Made by a program: the position numbers and the translations under genes. Below, piece by piece: positions 9,482 through 19,667 of a stretch of DNA of 64,000 nucleotides. Each line of letters starts with the position of its first letter. The stretch's first letter is position 1. The notes under the pieces were generated by a model. It was not told where the DNA came from. It did not search any database and saw nothing but the letters and a program-made list of their open reading frames with translations. Source of the stretch: a virus (lineage: Duplodnaviria; Caudoviricetes); the IMG/VR virus record IMGVR_UViG_3300042892_002922, positions 222,846-286,845 of that record; one strand, given 5' to 3'.

Positions 9482-10650
9482 TGGAAATTCAATTTTGGTA
9501 TAGCGATATTTTACCAAATACAAATATTAGAAATTCAATCGAAAAAATAGATAGTGACATCTTATTTAAAAATATCCACACCGATAAGGTAGATGTTACA
9601 AAATTAAATTTTTTATTTTTTTTGTTAGAAACTGAATGGACTAATTCCGATATCCCAAACATAGCGTATACTCATTCTAGTGAATTTATTGAATTACTAA
9701 TTAAGTTACAATCTGAAAATTTCTATTTTATGTGTAATAATTCTGGGGAAGCCGAACTTTGGGTGGATAATTTATCCTTGAATTTTTTTAATTTGTTAAA
9801 AAAAAATAAAATTGATTTTAACAGATTAATAATTGTAAATAACGATTCATCTAAAATTGGTATAGGTAAAACAAAATATGGGGATTTTATATTAAACACC
9901 TGTTTTTTTCCTAATTTCTTTTTATCTACCTATGAGCATTTAAAGTCATATGTAACTGAATTAAACCCTAACACCATACCTGATAAAAAATTCTTATGTT
10001 TAAATAGAAGAATGGGTTATGAAAAATATAAATTAATCGAGAGGTTATATCATATGGGGTTGTTAAATGACACCAGATTTTCTTGGGTAAAAAATAGCAC
10101 GAATAAAAATCTGTTAAATAAAGAATTACTTAATGAATTAAACATAGATGTTGATAACTTTAACCCTATTCAGTTAGAAGATGATGTAATGTATGGTGCT
10201 GATTTAGTTATGGAAAAGTATCTTTACACCATAAACCCCAAATGGTATTATAAAAGTAAAGTTAATATTATATTGGAAACAATGCTATACCCAAATTCAA
10301 TTCATCTGACAGAAAAAACCTGGAAAGCAATTTATTTAGGTGTCCCGTTTGTTATATATTCACCATCTAAACACTATCTTAAAACCTTAAGGGATATGGG
10401 ATTCAAGACATTTAATTCTGTGATTAATGAGGATTATGATGAGATGCTAGGTAAAGATAAAATAACACAAGTTATAAAAAGCGCTGAAGAACTGGCTAGT
10501 ATCTATGACACCCCCAAAGTATTAGATATATGTAGATTTAACCAAGAATTATATTTTAATTTTCAACACAGAAAAAAAATATATAATGAGTTTTTTTTAA
10601 ATAAAATTTGTGATGTTAAAAACTTAACAATTCCTAAAACATTAATTTAA
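9481..10650 (+). CDS. Conserved phage hypothetical protein, possibly glycosyltransferase-like
   Basis: FLCLNRR, ET...HLTEKTWKAI, PF, LRDMGFKTF, EDYD pattern; function not established. Confidence 0.5.
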   Translation: MEIQFWYSDILPNTNIRNSIEKIDSDILFKNIHTDKVDVTKLNFLFFLLETEWTNSDIPNIAYTHSSEFIELLIKLQSENFYFMCNNSGEAELWVDNLSLNFFNLLKKNKIDFNRLIIVNNDSSKIGIGKTKYGDFILNTCFFPNFFLSTYEHLKSYVTELNPNTIPDKKFLCLNRRMGYEKYKLIERLYHMGLLNDTRFSWVKNSTNKNLLNKELLNELNIDVDNFNPIQLEDDVMYGADLVMEKYLYTINPKWYYKSKVNIILETMLYPNSIHLTEKTWKAIYLGVPFVIYSPSKHYLKTLRDMGFKTFNSVINEDYDEMLGKDKITQVIKSAEELASIYDTPKVLDICRFNQELYFNFQHRKKIYNEFFLNKICDVKNLTIPKTLI

Positions 10651-11700
10651 ATGGGTAATAAAATTGATTTAAAAAATTATACGTGTAGTGTGCCATTTAC
10701 ATCATTAGAAATACATAACAATGTTTGTTTTGTGTGCTGTCCATCCTGGTTACCAAACAAAGTAGAACTTAGTGAAATTCCATTAAAAGATGTTTATAAT
10801 AGCGAACCAATTATTGATATAAGAAACTCGATATTAGATGGTTCATTTAGATATTGTAGTCAAGAGCTTTGTCCTTATTTAAGTAAATTAGTGAAGTATG
10901 GTGCGGAATCTGGGCCAGTCACTTTAAAATCAAATTCAAATGTTAATAGCCCTATTGTAAAAAATAACGCACCAGATTATTTGATGATGAATTTTGATAG
11001 AACATGTAACTACAAATGTCCATCATGTAGAGTTGATTTAATAGTTGAAAATAGTGAGGGTATAAAACGTGTAGAAAAAACAATAGAGGAGATTGATAAT
11101 CACTACTCGAAATATGTTAAAACCCTATATATTACTGGATCAGGGGATCCGTTTGTTTCTGTCGGATTCAGAAATTATCTAAGAAATTTTAACCCTAAAA
11201 AATACCCAAACTTAAATTCCATACACCTACACACAAATGCGTCTATGTGGAATAAAGAAATGTGGGATAGTATGCCAAACATACACGGATATGTCCACTC
11301 TTGTGAAATTAGCATCGACGCTGGTACAAAAGACACCTATGAAAATAAAACCAGGTTGGGTGGTAAATGGGATAATTTAATTGATAATTTAAAATTCATA
11401 AGCACTCTACCAATTTCAGTTAAAACATCATTTGTGGTTCAAGATTCCAATTACATGGAAATGGGTATTTTTTACAACTTAATGTACTCAATATTTGGTA
11501 AAAGAGTAAATGTGTTTTTTGGTAAGATAACTAATTGGGGGACATTTTCAGAAGGTGAATTTAAATTAAAACAAGTATGGGATACGGAACATCCAGAACA
11601 TGAGTTATTTAAAAAAGAGTTTAATAAAGTATGGAAAAATGAAAACCTTTTTCATAATTTATATGAGTTTATTGACAACACAAATAAAACTTTAATATAG
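10651..11700 (+). CDS. Radical SAM protein, paralog of 1592-2713
   Basis: CNYKCPSC, ITGSGDPF, EISIDAGTKDTYENKTRL shared with 1592-2713. Confidence 0.85.
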   Translation: MGNKIDLKNYTCSVPFTSLEIHNNVCFVCCPSWLPNKVELSEIPLKDVYNSEPIIDIRNSILDGSFRYCSQELCPYLSKLVKYGAESGPVTLKSNSNVNSPIVKNNAPDYLMMNFDRTCNYKCPSCRVDLIVENSEGIKRVEKTIEEIDNHYSKYVKTLYITGSGDPFVSVGFRNYLRNFNPKKYPNLNSIHLHTNASMWNKEMWDSMPNIHGYVHSCEISIDAGTKDTYENKTRLGGKWDNLIDNLKFISTLPISVKTSFVVQDSNYMEMGIFYNLMYSIFGKRVNVFFGKITNWGTFSEGEFKLKQVWDTEHPEHELFKKEFNKVWKNENLFHNLYEFIDNTNKTLI

Positions 11701-12261
11701 ATGAGAATTTTAATACTATCACATACAAGATGTGGTTCTACCACATTATGTAAATGGATATCAAAAGAATTGAATTTTGAAGTAGATTATGATCATTACG
11801 ATGCTAACACATTTAATTCAATTTTCATTAAAAATAATATAATAAAAAAAATTGTTATCGAAGAATACAATCCACCAAATGAAGTTATTGAAAAATTTGA
11901 TAAAGTTATTTGTTTAAGTAGGGAAAATAATATTGACAGTGCCATAAGTTTTATTAATGCTGATAACAAAAGCAGGTGGCACGACATATATGAAATAACA
12001 AATGAGTGGATTGAAGATAATAAAAATAAAATAATAGAAACTGTTTACAAATATGAACAATTAAAAACCTTATTAAAAAATAAAGATTTATTTCAAATAA
12101 CGTATGAAAATATGTATATTAATAAAATAGACGTTAATAGAGTTATTAGTTATTTAAACATTGAAAACCCAAAACATTTGGATATGCTTGATTATGATAA
12201 AAAATATAGAAAAGACACATATACTTTAACACATGATTTTAAGAGAAAAAATATCATTTAG
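11701..12261 (+). CDS. Sulfotransferase-fold-like protein
   Basis: ILSHTRCGSTTL, LSREN, ITYE. Confidence 0.55.
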   Translation: MRILILSHTRCGSTTLCKWISKELNFEVDYDHYDANTFNSIFIKNNIIKKIVIEEYNPPNEVIEKFDKVICLSRENNIDSAISFINADNKSRWHDIYEITNEWIEDNKNKIIETVYKYEQLKTLLKNKDLFQITYENMYINKIDVNRVISYLNIENPKHLDMLDYDKKYRKDTYTLTHDFKRKNII

Positions 12262-12763
12262 TAAAGATGAGTGTGATTACATAATAAATTTATCCAAAGA
12301 GTTGGATGAACTTAAACCATTTGGTTATGATGACAATGTTAATAAAGAAAAAATAACAATTAGATATTTTGTTTGGGTTATCAATAGAAACAATAAAACC
12401 CAATGGATATTTGATAAAATTCAAACGTATTTTATAAATAAAACTAATATAAAGATAAAAAAAGAATTAGATAAAATATATATACACAAATATGACACCG
12501 GCCAACAATTTGAAAAACATGCTGACACATATTATAAAACACAAATACACAATGTAGGGGTATGTTTAAACAATGATTATGATGGAGGTGAATTTGTTTT
12601 ATATAATCCAGAAGAACAATTACCAAAAGAAACGGGTAACATATATACTTTCCCTAGTCAAAGAATACATGAAGTAAAAAAAATAATAAAGGGTGAAAGG
12701 TGGAGCATTATTGGATTTTTACATATTGATAATTTAGATTTCCCTAAAAAATCACTAATATGA
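12233..12763 (+). CDS. 2OG-Fe(II) oxygenase
   Basis: EKHAD, CLNNDYDGGEF, HEVKKIIKGERWS. Confidence 0.85.
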   Translation: MILREKISFSKDECDYIINLSKELDELKPFGYDDNVNKEKITIRYFVWVINRNNKTQWIFDKIQTYFINKTNIKIKKELDKIYIHKYDTGQQFEKHADTYYKTQIHNVGVCLNNDYDGGEFVLYNPEEQLPKETGNIYTFPSQRIHEVKKIIKGERWSIIGFLHIDNLDFPKKSLI

Positions 12764-13317
12764 AAATTGGAATAACAGGACATTCTAACGGAATTGGAAA
12801 TGACATTTATTCAAATTTAATAAAAGAATATGATGTTATAGGATTTAGTAGAAGTAATGGTTTTGATATTAAAAATACGGATAAAATTATAGAACAATTG
12901 GATGATTGTGATATTTTTATAAACAACGCTTACGAAGGAAACTATCAAACAATATTATTTGAATTAATTTTTGATAAATGGAAATTTTTACCAAAAACAA
13001 TTATTAATATGAATAGCAGTTGTGTGTATCATTCATCCGATTGGTCGCCAGAATATGCAAATAATAAAAAAGAGTTAAAAGAAGTATCTTTAAATGCGAT
13101 TAGAAATAATAAAAATAAAAAAGTTAGGGTCATAAATTTATATCCATCCACCTTATCAACTCATATGGGGTTTGAAAGTTTAAATAAATTAGATACTGAA
13201 AATCTTGCAAAAATTATAAATTGGTTAATAAAACAACCACAAGAAATAGAAATTAGAGAGATGAGTATATATTGTACAACATTGGAGAAAGAATTTAAAA
13301 CAAATAAATTAATATGA
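12760..13317 (+). CDS. Short-chain dehydrogenase/reductase-like protein
   Basis: ITGHSNGIG Rossmann motif, INNA, Y..NKK. Confidence 0.7.
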   Translation: MKIGITGHSNGIGNDIYSNLIKEYDVIGFSRSNGFDIKNTDKIIEQLDDCDIFINNAYEGNYQTILFELIFDKWKFLPKTIINMNSSCVYHSSDWSPEYANNKKELKEVSLNAIRNNKNKKVRVINLYPSTLSTHMGFESLNKLDTENLAKIINWLIKQPQEIEIREMSIYCTTLEKEFKTNKLI

Positions 13318-14084
13318 AATCAATAAAATTTTGGAATAAAAGCGGATTCGATGTTGCAACTTATAAATGGAATTTATCAGAAAGACGTAATAAAACATTT
13401 AATGGCTCTGGTTCGGATGATAGTGAAACCAATACCTACACATATAATGAACTAGGATTCAGAGGTGATTCAATATACAAGGATGGTTTTAGAATTCTGT
13501 CTGTCGGTTGTTCACATACGGAAGGTGTGGGGGTAAATGACTGGGAAACTTGGCCGCATATATTTTCTAGGTTAATACCTAATGGTATTGATTTAAATGC
13601 TGGGTTTGGTGGTAGAAGTAATGATTACATTGCTAGGTGTATTGTGTCCTTAATTGACACCTTTAGACCCAATCTGGTTAATCTAATGTACACATACCCC
13701 TCAAGAAAAGAATACTACAAGTTTAATGGGGATTTAGAGCCCTTTCATATGACCCCCTGGGGATATTTCAAAGAAGATTCGGAAGGTGTTGATGAATACA
13801 AGGCAATCGCAAAGATAACCCATGATGAAAATGATTTGATTAATTGGTATAAAAATCATTTATTAATAACCAATTTCCTATCACTAAGAAAAATCCCATA
13901 TACTTGGAATGGTTCTTTTCTAATGGATGAAGTTATATCAGATAAACATCGTTTTGATGGTGACTATGGTAACTTCAGAGAGTTTTCCGTTGACGGTAAA
14001 CATGCAACAGGAAAACACAATGAAGAATATGCCAAAAATTTATATGACTTCATTAAGAAAAACTTCCCAACATATATCCCTTAG
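13314..14084 (+). CDS. SGNH-like protein
   Basis: VGCSHTEG, NAGFGGRSND, DGKHATG. Confidence 0.6.
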   Translation: MKSIKFWNKSGFDVATYKWNLSERRNKTFNGSGSDDSETNTYTYNELGFRGDSIYKDGFRILSVGCSHTEGVGVNDWETWPHIFSRLIPNGIDLNAGFGGRSNDYIARCIVSLIDTFRPNLVNLMYTYPSRKEYYKFNGDLEPFHMTPWGYFKEDSEGVDEYKAIAKITHDENDLINWYKNHLLITNFLSLRKIPYTWNGSFLMDEVISDKHRFDGDYGNFREFSVDGKHATGKHNEEYAKNLYDFIKKNFPTYIP

Positions 14085-14125
14085 GGGCTTGGTTTTCTTA
14101 CAAATTTTCCTTATTTTAGGTACTA

Positions 14126-16846
14126 ATGAATATATTAGCACATACGTCGTTTATTGGTACCACTGGGTATGCCAATCATGCAAGGTCGTTTTTCTGCGCC
14201 TTAAACAAGTATCACAAAGTAAGGGTTAGAAACCTTACCATTGGTAATAGTTGGAATGATTATAATGAAAAGCCACACGAAGGCGAATCATATATCACTG
14301 ATGAGATGAAGGATATGTTAATCCTTCAAAGTTTGTTTAACGCTGATGGTTCAACTAGTGATTATCCAATTTATAACTTTAAAAAAGATTTTGTTCCAGA
14401 TGTCCACATTGTTTTGGTGGAAACCGACAACATTTATTTTTATCATGATTATGATGGCTATAAAATAGCGTACAATGTTTGGGAATCAACATTATATCCA
14501 GATAATTTCTTCAAGCGACTATTTTACTTTGATGAGGTTTGGGTGCCGACCAAGTGGCAGTTTGATTGTTTAGTTGCGCAAGGGTATCCTGCTGAAAAAA
14601 TATCTATAGTTCCAGAAGGTGTTGATGTTGACACATTTAAACCAATAGAAAAATACCCACAAAGAGATAAGATTAGATTTGTGTATTTTGGTCGTTGGGA
14701 TTATAGAAAAGGAACGACTGAAGTACTCAGAGCTTTTGGTGAGGTCTTTAAAGATGTTGATGATGTAGAATTAATTGCATCTGTTGAGAACCCGTACCCG
14801 AACGATGGTTTAAAGTCAACAGAGGAACGAATTAAAAAACACGAAATTGATACAGAGAAAATAACGTTTCTTAATTTTCCATCGAGAGAAGAATATGTAA
14901 AATACTTACAAGAAGCACATGTATTTGTTTCTTGTGCTAGAAGCGAAGGTTGGAATCTACCGCTTATTGAAGCGATGGCTTGCGGTACGCCGGCCATTTA
15001 TTCTAATTGGGGTGGTCAACTAGAATTTGCTGAAGGTAAAGGTGTTCCGGTTAGTATCAAGGAATTAAGACCTGCTAACATAGAAAGAAAAGAATTTCCA
15101 GGTGAATATTGTGAACCAGATTGGGATGACCTTAAATGGAAAATGAGACAAGCGTACGATTATCAAACAGCTATGTGGATTAAATCCAGATCTGATGCTA
15201 AAGATATTCACAAGAACTTTAATTGGGAAACAATAGCTGAAAACGCATCAAAAATAATCAACTCTAGATTCAAGTCATTTGCATTTGTTACAACTGGTAA
15301 CTTACAATATATGCCGGTTATTGAAAAGTTGGTACAATCATTAATGATGTTTTCAAGACACAAGATAATTGTTTATGGTGTTGATTGTGAAGTGCCGTTT
15401 GATTATCCTAATGTGATTAGAAAAACAATCAATCCACCCAAAATATCAGAACACGATAAATGGTATTGGAAACAATGGGCTTGTTTGGAATCATTAAACG
15501 AAGATTTTGATTATTATATTTGGGTTGACGGTGATGTTGTTGTTAATTACAATATCGATACCGTTACAAAATATTTCAAACATGTTGGTAGATATCCATT
15601 GTCGGATATACATGTTCAAGAAGAATTCTTTGGAACATATGATGACGGTAAAACGCAATTGTTTAATGAAGAGTTAGCTAAAAGATGGGGTGTTGAAAAA
15701 CAACAACCATACATGCATATTTGTTTCTACATTTACAATCAAGGTTCAAGAGCATTTTTTGATGGTATATTGGGATATTATGACACAATGATGAAAGGTA
15801 GCCCTGAAGATTATAAACGATATTTTTTATGGAATGATGAAGGTATTGATAATGCAATAAGATGGAACCACGGTTTTACTAATCATTTACCTATATCAAA
15901 TTTTGACACATCATCATATGATGGGGATGAAGGGTTTATTGATAAAACGTTACATCAGTTTTATAAGTTCTGGAATGAAGATGGTCCACAAAACTTCAAT
16001 AGAATATTTGGGTATCAATTTATACCAGAAGATAAATCAAATATATTATATTTCCACGGGAATAAGAATGCTGAGATATCGGACAAGATGATTGAGTTTA
16101 TTAAAATGAAAAGAGATGATTCATTTTATAAGTCATATTGTTTTTATACTGACGTATATAAATTGGAAAACTTTAATCAATATTTCAATATTGAAGGGGG
16201 TACAATTGAGATAGCAAACAAACATGGTTGGTTTGTTGCCATATTTCACGAGATATTTAATCTTTTGGATTATTATAAAAATAGAGAGAGAAGAATCTTT
16301 GATGGCGACGTTGTAGTTGAGTTGGGTGGGAATATCGGCATCTTTAATAGATGGGCGTACAGTCAAGGTGCTAGCAAAGTTATTTCGTTTGAGCCAGATA
16401 AAAGATACTTTAAACTTCTCTCATTAAATGCTGATCCGCGTTCTGTATTATTCAATGCTGCGGGAAGTGATTCTATTGGTGAATTAAGTTTATTTGAGAG
16501 CACACACATAGGTGGATCTAATTTATTTGGAACACAGGAAGGTGCTAAAGAATATAAGGTAAGAACATATACGCTAGATTATCTTTTTGAAACGGGGTTA
16601 GTTGATAAAATAGATTTTCTAAAGGTAGACATTGAGGGAGCAGAACATCACGCGTTCAAAGGTATCAGCGATGAAAACCTAATGAAAGTTAAAAACATTT
16701 CAATGGAATATCACCATAGCCACTTTGATTATGACGAAGAATTGAGACAAGATTTAATTAATCGTATGGTTAGATTAGGTTTTAACCCCTACACATTGTT
16801 TATGGGTGACAATAACGCACTACAAATGATATATTTTACAAGATGA
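14126..16846 (+). CDS. GT4 glycosyltransferase + second GT-like domain + FkbM methyltransferase fusion
   Basis: GRWDYRKG, SEGWNLPLIEAMACG; middle WVDGD; C-terminal ELGGNIG, LKVDIEGAE. Confidence 0.8.
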   Translation: MNILAHTSFIGTTGYANHARSFFCALNKYHKVRVRNLTIGNSWNDYNEKPHEGESYITDEMKDMLILQSLFNADGSTSDYPIYNFKKDFVPDVHIVLVETDNIYFYHDYDGYKIAYNVWESTLYPDNFFKRLFYFDEVWVPTKWQFDCLVAQGYPAEKISIVPEGVDVDTFKPIEKYPQRDKIRFVYFGRWDYRKGTTEVLRAFGEVFKDVDDVELIASVENPYPNDGLKSTEERIKKHEIDTEKITFLNFPSREEYVKYLQEAHVFVSCARSEGWNLPLIEAMACGTPAIYSNWGGQLEFAEGKGVPVSIKELRPANIERKEFPGEYCEPDWDDLKWKMRQAYDYQTAMWIKSRSDAKDIHKNFNWETIAENASKIINSRFKSFAFVTTGNLQYMPVIEKLVQSLMMFSRHKIIVYGVDCEVPFDYPNVIRKTINPPKISEHDKWYWKQWACLESLNEDFDYYIWVDGDVVVNYNIDTVTKYFKHVGRYPLSDIHVQEEFFGTYDDGKTQLFNEELAKRWGVEKQQPYMHICFYIYNQGSRAFFDGILGYYDTMMKGSPEDYKRYFLWNDEGIDNAIRWNHGFTNHLPISNFDTSSYDGDEGFIDKTLHQFYKFWNEDGPQNFNRIFGYQFIPEDKSNILYFHGNKNAEISDKMIEFIKMKRDDSFYKSYCFYTDVYKLENFNQYFNIEGGTIEIANKHGWFVAIFHEIFNLLDYYKNRERRIFDGDVVVELGGNIGIFNRWAYSQGASKVISFEPDKRYFKLLSLNADPRSVLFNAAGSDSIGELSLFESTHIGGSNLFGTQEGAKEYKVRTYTLDYLFETGLVDKIDFLKVDIEGAEHHAFKGISDENLMKVKNISMEYHHSHFDYDEELRQDLINRMVRLGFNPYTLFMGDNNALQMIYFTR

Positions 16847-17499
16847 GTACACTAGATAAATTAGCAAAAATGCACGGAACTGATAAGAGTTCTGATATAC
16901 ACAATTACTGTGTTAAGTATGAAAAGTATCTACCATTTAATCGTTATGATAAGTTAATGATGATGGAGATTGGTGTGTTAGATGGTAAATCCTTATTAAC
17001 TTGGAAGGATTATTTTTATCGTTCACACATTCTAGGTATTGATATAAATCCTGAATGTAAAAAATACGAAGAAGAAAGAATTACAATTGAGATTGGTTCT
17101 CAAGCTGATGGTGGTTTCTTATCTAGAACCAGCGAACATTATGGGCCATTTGACATCATTTTAGATGATGGTTCACATATGAATGACCATGTAACTTATT
17201 CTTTCCAGCATTTATTTGATTCAGTAAAACCAGGTGGCGTTTATATTGTTGAAGATTGTGCCACGGCTTACTGGGATGAATATGGTGGCGGTTATTTAAA
17301 ACCAAGTACAAGTATAGAATATTTTAAATCCTTATCAGATGATTTAAACTTCCGTGGACTAATGAATCACAACAAACCAAATGTACACGCAAGAAGGGAA
17401 GATTGGTTAATTGAAAATTCAAAAAGCATCCCAACATGTAGAACGGATATTGAATCCATAAATTTCCTAAATGGAATTATTATTGTAACTAAGAGATAA
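16843..17499 (+). CDS. Class I SAM-dependent (sugar O-)methyltransferase, MycE/TylE-like
   Basis: HGTDKS...HNY, EIGV, GIDI, ILDDGSH, GGVYIVED. Confidence 0.75.
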   Translation: MSTLDKLAKMHGTDKSSDIHNYCVKYEKYLPFNRYDKLMMMEIGVLDGKSLLTWKDYFYRSHILGIDINPECKKYEEERITIEIGSQADGGFLSRTSEHYGPFDIILDDGSHMNDHVTYSFQHLFDSVKPGGVYIVEDCATAYWDEYGGGYLKPSTSIEYFKSLSDDLNFRGLMNHNKPNVHARREDWLIENSKSIPTCRTDIESINFLNGIIIVTKR

Positions 17500-19622
17500 T
17501 GTACACACAATTCACTGAAGATATATTTGTAATTGATTGTTGGCTTGACACTAAAGAGAAAGAGCTAGCACTAACTAATTTAATTGAAAGGGTTAAAGTT
17601 TATAATATACCAATAATACTATGTGGTCACTACCCAATTAAACCTGAGTTCCAAGAAATGGTTGATTATTGTATCTATGACAAGAACAATGACATTTTAG
17701 AAGAAAAGGATTTTGAAGAGTATGGTGTTGTTAGTGATAGATGGACAGAGACAGACGATTTTAAAATAAGTAACAAGGTTACATTTCACCATGATTATGC
17801 TATATGGTTAACAATGAAGAATGCTTTTAACCTAGCAAATCAATTGGGTAAGAAATACATACACTTTCTTGAGTACGATAACCTACCAGATGAGATTCAA
17901 TATCGTCAAGCGTTTATTGAATACATCAGACATCACGATGCGGTTGTTTATGAATATAGTGAAGGATCAACTAATGAACCATCACCCTTTTCGGCTACGT
18001 ACATATTTTCAATTAAAACTGACATCGCATTAAGTTTGGTTAATAAGATTAATAGTAAGAAGGAGTTCTTTTTACGAAAACAACATGAATGGCAATTAGA
18101 AAAAACATTCTACCAAACATTACAAACTGTAACTAAAAGAATATTTGTTACAAAATACATAGCAAATGATGACGAGTTAAATCTTTTTGCTGCTTGGAAT
18201 AGGGATGGTATTAATAGAAACGGCGCTAGATTTCAAACATATCTATGTGTTGATGATAATGAAGATTTGTCAATCCATTTTATATCTGGTTTTAATGATA
18301 AACCGGCCACACAAGATTATGTGGTTGAAATCAACTATGGTGATGTTAAAGAGTTTTACAAAATTATCATAGGTAATTTTCATTTAAAAAAACTTGGTAA
18401 ATACATTAAAGGATTACCTGTTATAGTTTATTATCAAGGCGTACAAGTATTTTCTGATTTACTTATTGATGATGTTAAAGAATTTAAACGAAAGAATAAT
18501 ATAACAAGAAAAAACAAAGAGATATCAAAAAACATTAATGTTAATTTTGTTGATGGACCATTCATTGAGATACTAGAAAAAACCGCCAAAGAATATCGTA
18601 TTGAATTTATTGATAATAAAAGTGGAAGAGTTTTACATGAAACAAATATTAAAAGTAATCACTGGGCGAAAGCATCAATAAAATATTATGTTGATTGGTT
18701 AATTAAGGTGAGTGGTGTTGATAACGATTTTTATTTTGAGCATAAATTTAACCCTAATGAAAATAGATTCTTCATTAGTTTTGAGAGCAAATCATTAGGT
18801 GACAGTTTAGCATTTATACCATATGTGGATGAGTTTAGAAAGAAACATAATTGTTCAGTTGTTTGTTCAACATTCTTTAACGATTTATTTAAAAATGAAT
18901 ACCCAGAAATTGAGTTTGTTTCACCTGGTTCAACTGTTAATAACATCTACGGTCTTTATCGAATCGGTATGTTCTATAATGATTCTAAAATGATTGATTA
19001 TGATAAACATTTGACCGACCCCAAAAAGGAGCCATTATTAAAAATTGCATCAGATATTTTAGGTTTAGATTATAAAGAGGTTAGACCTAAGTTACCAAAA
19101 ATTGGTAACACTAAACAGAAATTAGTAACTATAGCAATTCATTCTACAGCACAAGCGAAATATTGGAATAACCCAACTGGTTGGCAAGATGTTGTTGATT
19201 ACTTAATTGGTAAAGGATACGAGGTTAGGTTGTTATCAAAAGAAGAAGACGGTTACATGGGTAACATTCATCCAAAAGGTATAACACAACAACCTGCTGG
19301 TGATTTAAACAGCGTAATTAAGACAATACAAGAATCAGAATTCTTTATTGGGATTAGTAGCGGGTTGAGTTGGTTGGCGTGGGGATGTGGAACACCAACA
19401 ATATTAATATCCGGATTTACAGATGTATTTGCAGAACCATTTCAAAACATTTACCGAGTAATAAATAAAGAAGTTTGTAATAGTTGTTGGTCCGATTATG
19501 ATTTTGACGCCGGTAACTGGAAGTGGTGCCCAGTACATTCAAATACTGATAAACAATTTGAATGTTCTAAACAAATAACATCAAAACAAGTTATAGGGGA
19601 AATTGATAAATTAATTAACTAA
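17499..19622 (+). CDS. TibC/AAH-like (strand-loop-strand O-heptosyltransferase family) glycosyltransferase with N-terminal extension
   Basis: SLGDSLAFIP, HSTAQAKYWNN, FFIGISSGLSWLAW, SGFT, and Cys set CNSCW...WCPVH...FECS. Confidence 0.75.
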   Translation: MYTQFTEDIFVIDCWLDTKEKELALTNLIERVKVYNIPIILCGHYPIKPEFQEMVDYCIYDKNNDILEEKDFEEYGVVSDRWTETDDFKISNKVTFHHDYAIWLTMKNAFNLANQLGKKYIHFLEYDNLPDEIQYRQAFIEYIRHHDAVVYEYSEGSTNEPSPFSATYIFSIKTDIALSLVNKINSKKEFFLRKQHEWQLEKTFYQTLQTVTKRIFVTKYIANDDELNLFAAWNRDGINRNGARFQTYLCVDDNEDLSIHFISGFNDKPATQDYVVEINYGDVKEFYKIIIGNFHLKKLGKYIKGLPVIVYYQGVQVFSDLLIDDVKEFKRKNNITRKNKEISKNINVNFVDGPFIEILEKTAKEYRIEFIDNKSGRVLHETNIKSNHWAKASIKYYVDWLIKVSGVDNDFYFEHKFNPNENRFFISFESKSLGDSLAFIPYVDEFRKKHNCSVVCSTFFNDLFKNEYPEIEFVSPGSTVNNIYGLYRIGMFYNDSKMIDYDKHLTDPKKEPLLKIASDILGLDYKEVRPKLPKIGNTKQKLVTIAIHSTAQAKYWNNPTGWQDVVDYLIGKGYEVRLLSKEEDGYMGNIHPKGITQQPAGDLNSVIKTIQESEFFIGISSGLSWLAWGCGTPTILISGFTDVFAEPFQNIYRVINKEVCNSCWSDYDFDAGNWKWCPVHSNTDKQFECSKQITSKQVIGEIDKLIN

Positions 19623-19638
19623 CATTCAAACGAACAAG

Positions 19639-19645
19639 TATTTAT
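19639..19645 (+). promoter_or_regulatory. TATTTAT motif, candidate late promoter of the tail-fibre unit
   Basis: Intergenic, 22 nt before ATG 19668. Confidence 0.4.
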
Positions 19646-19667
19646 CTAAGTATAATACCATATTTAG

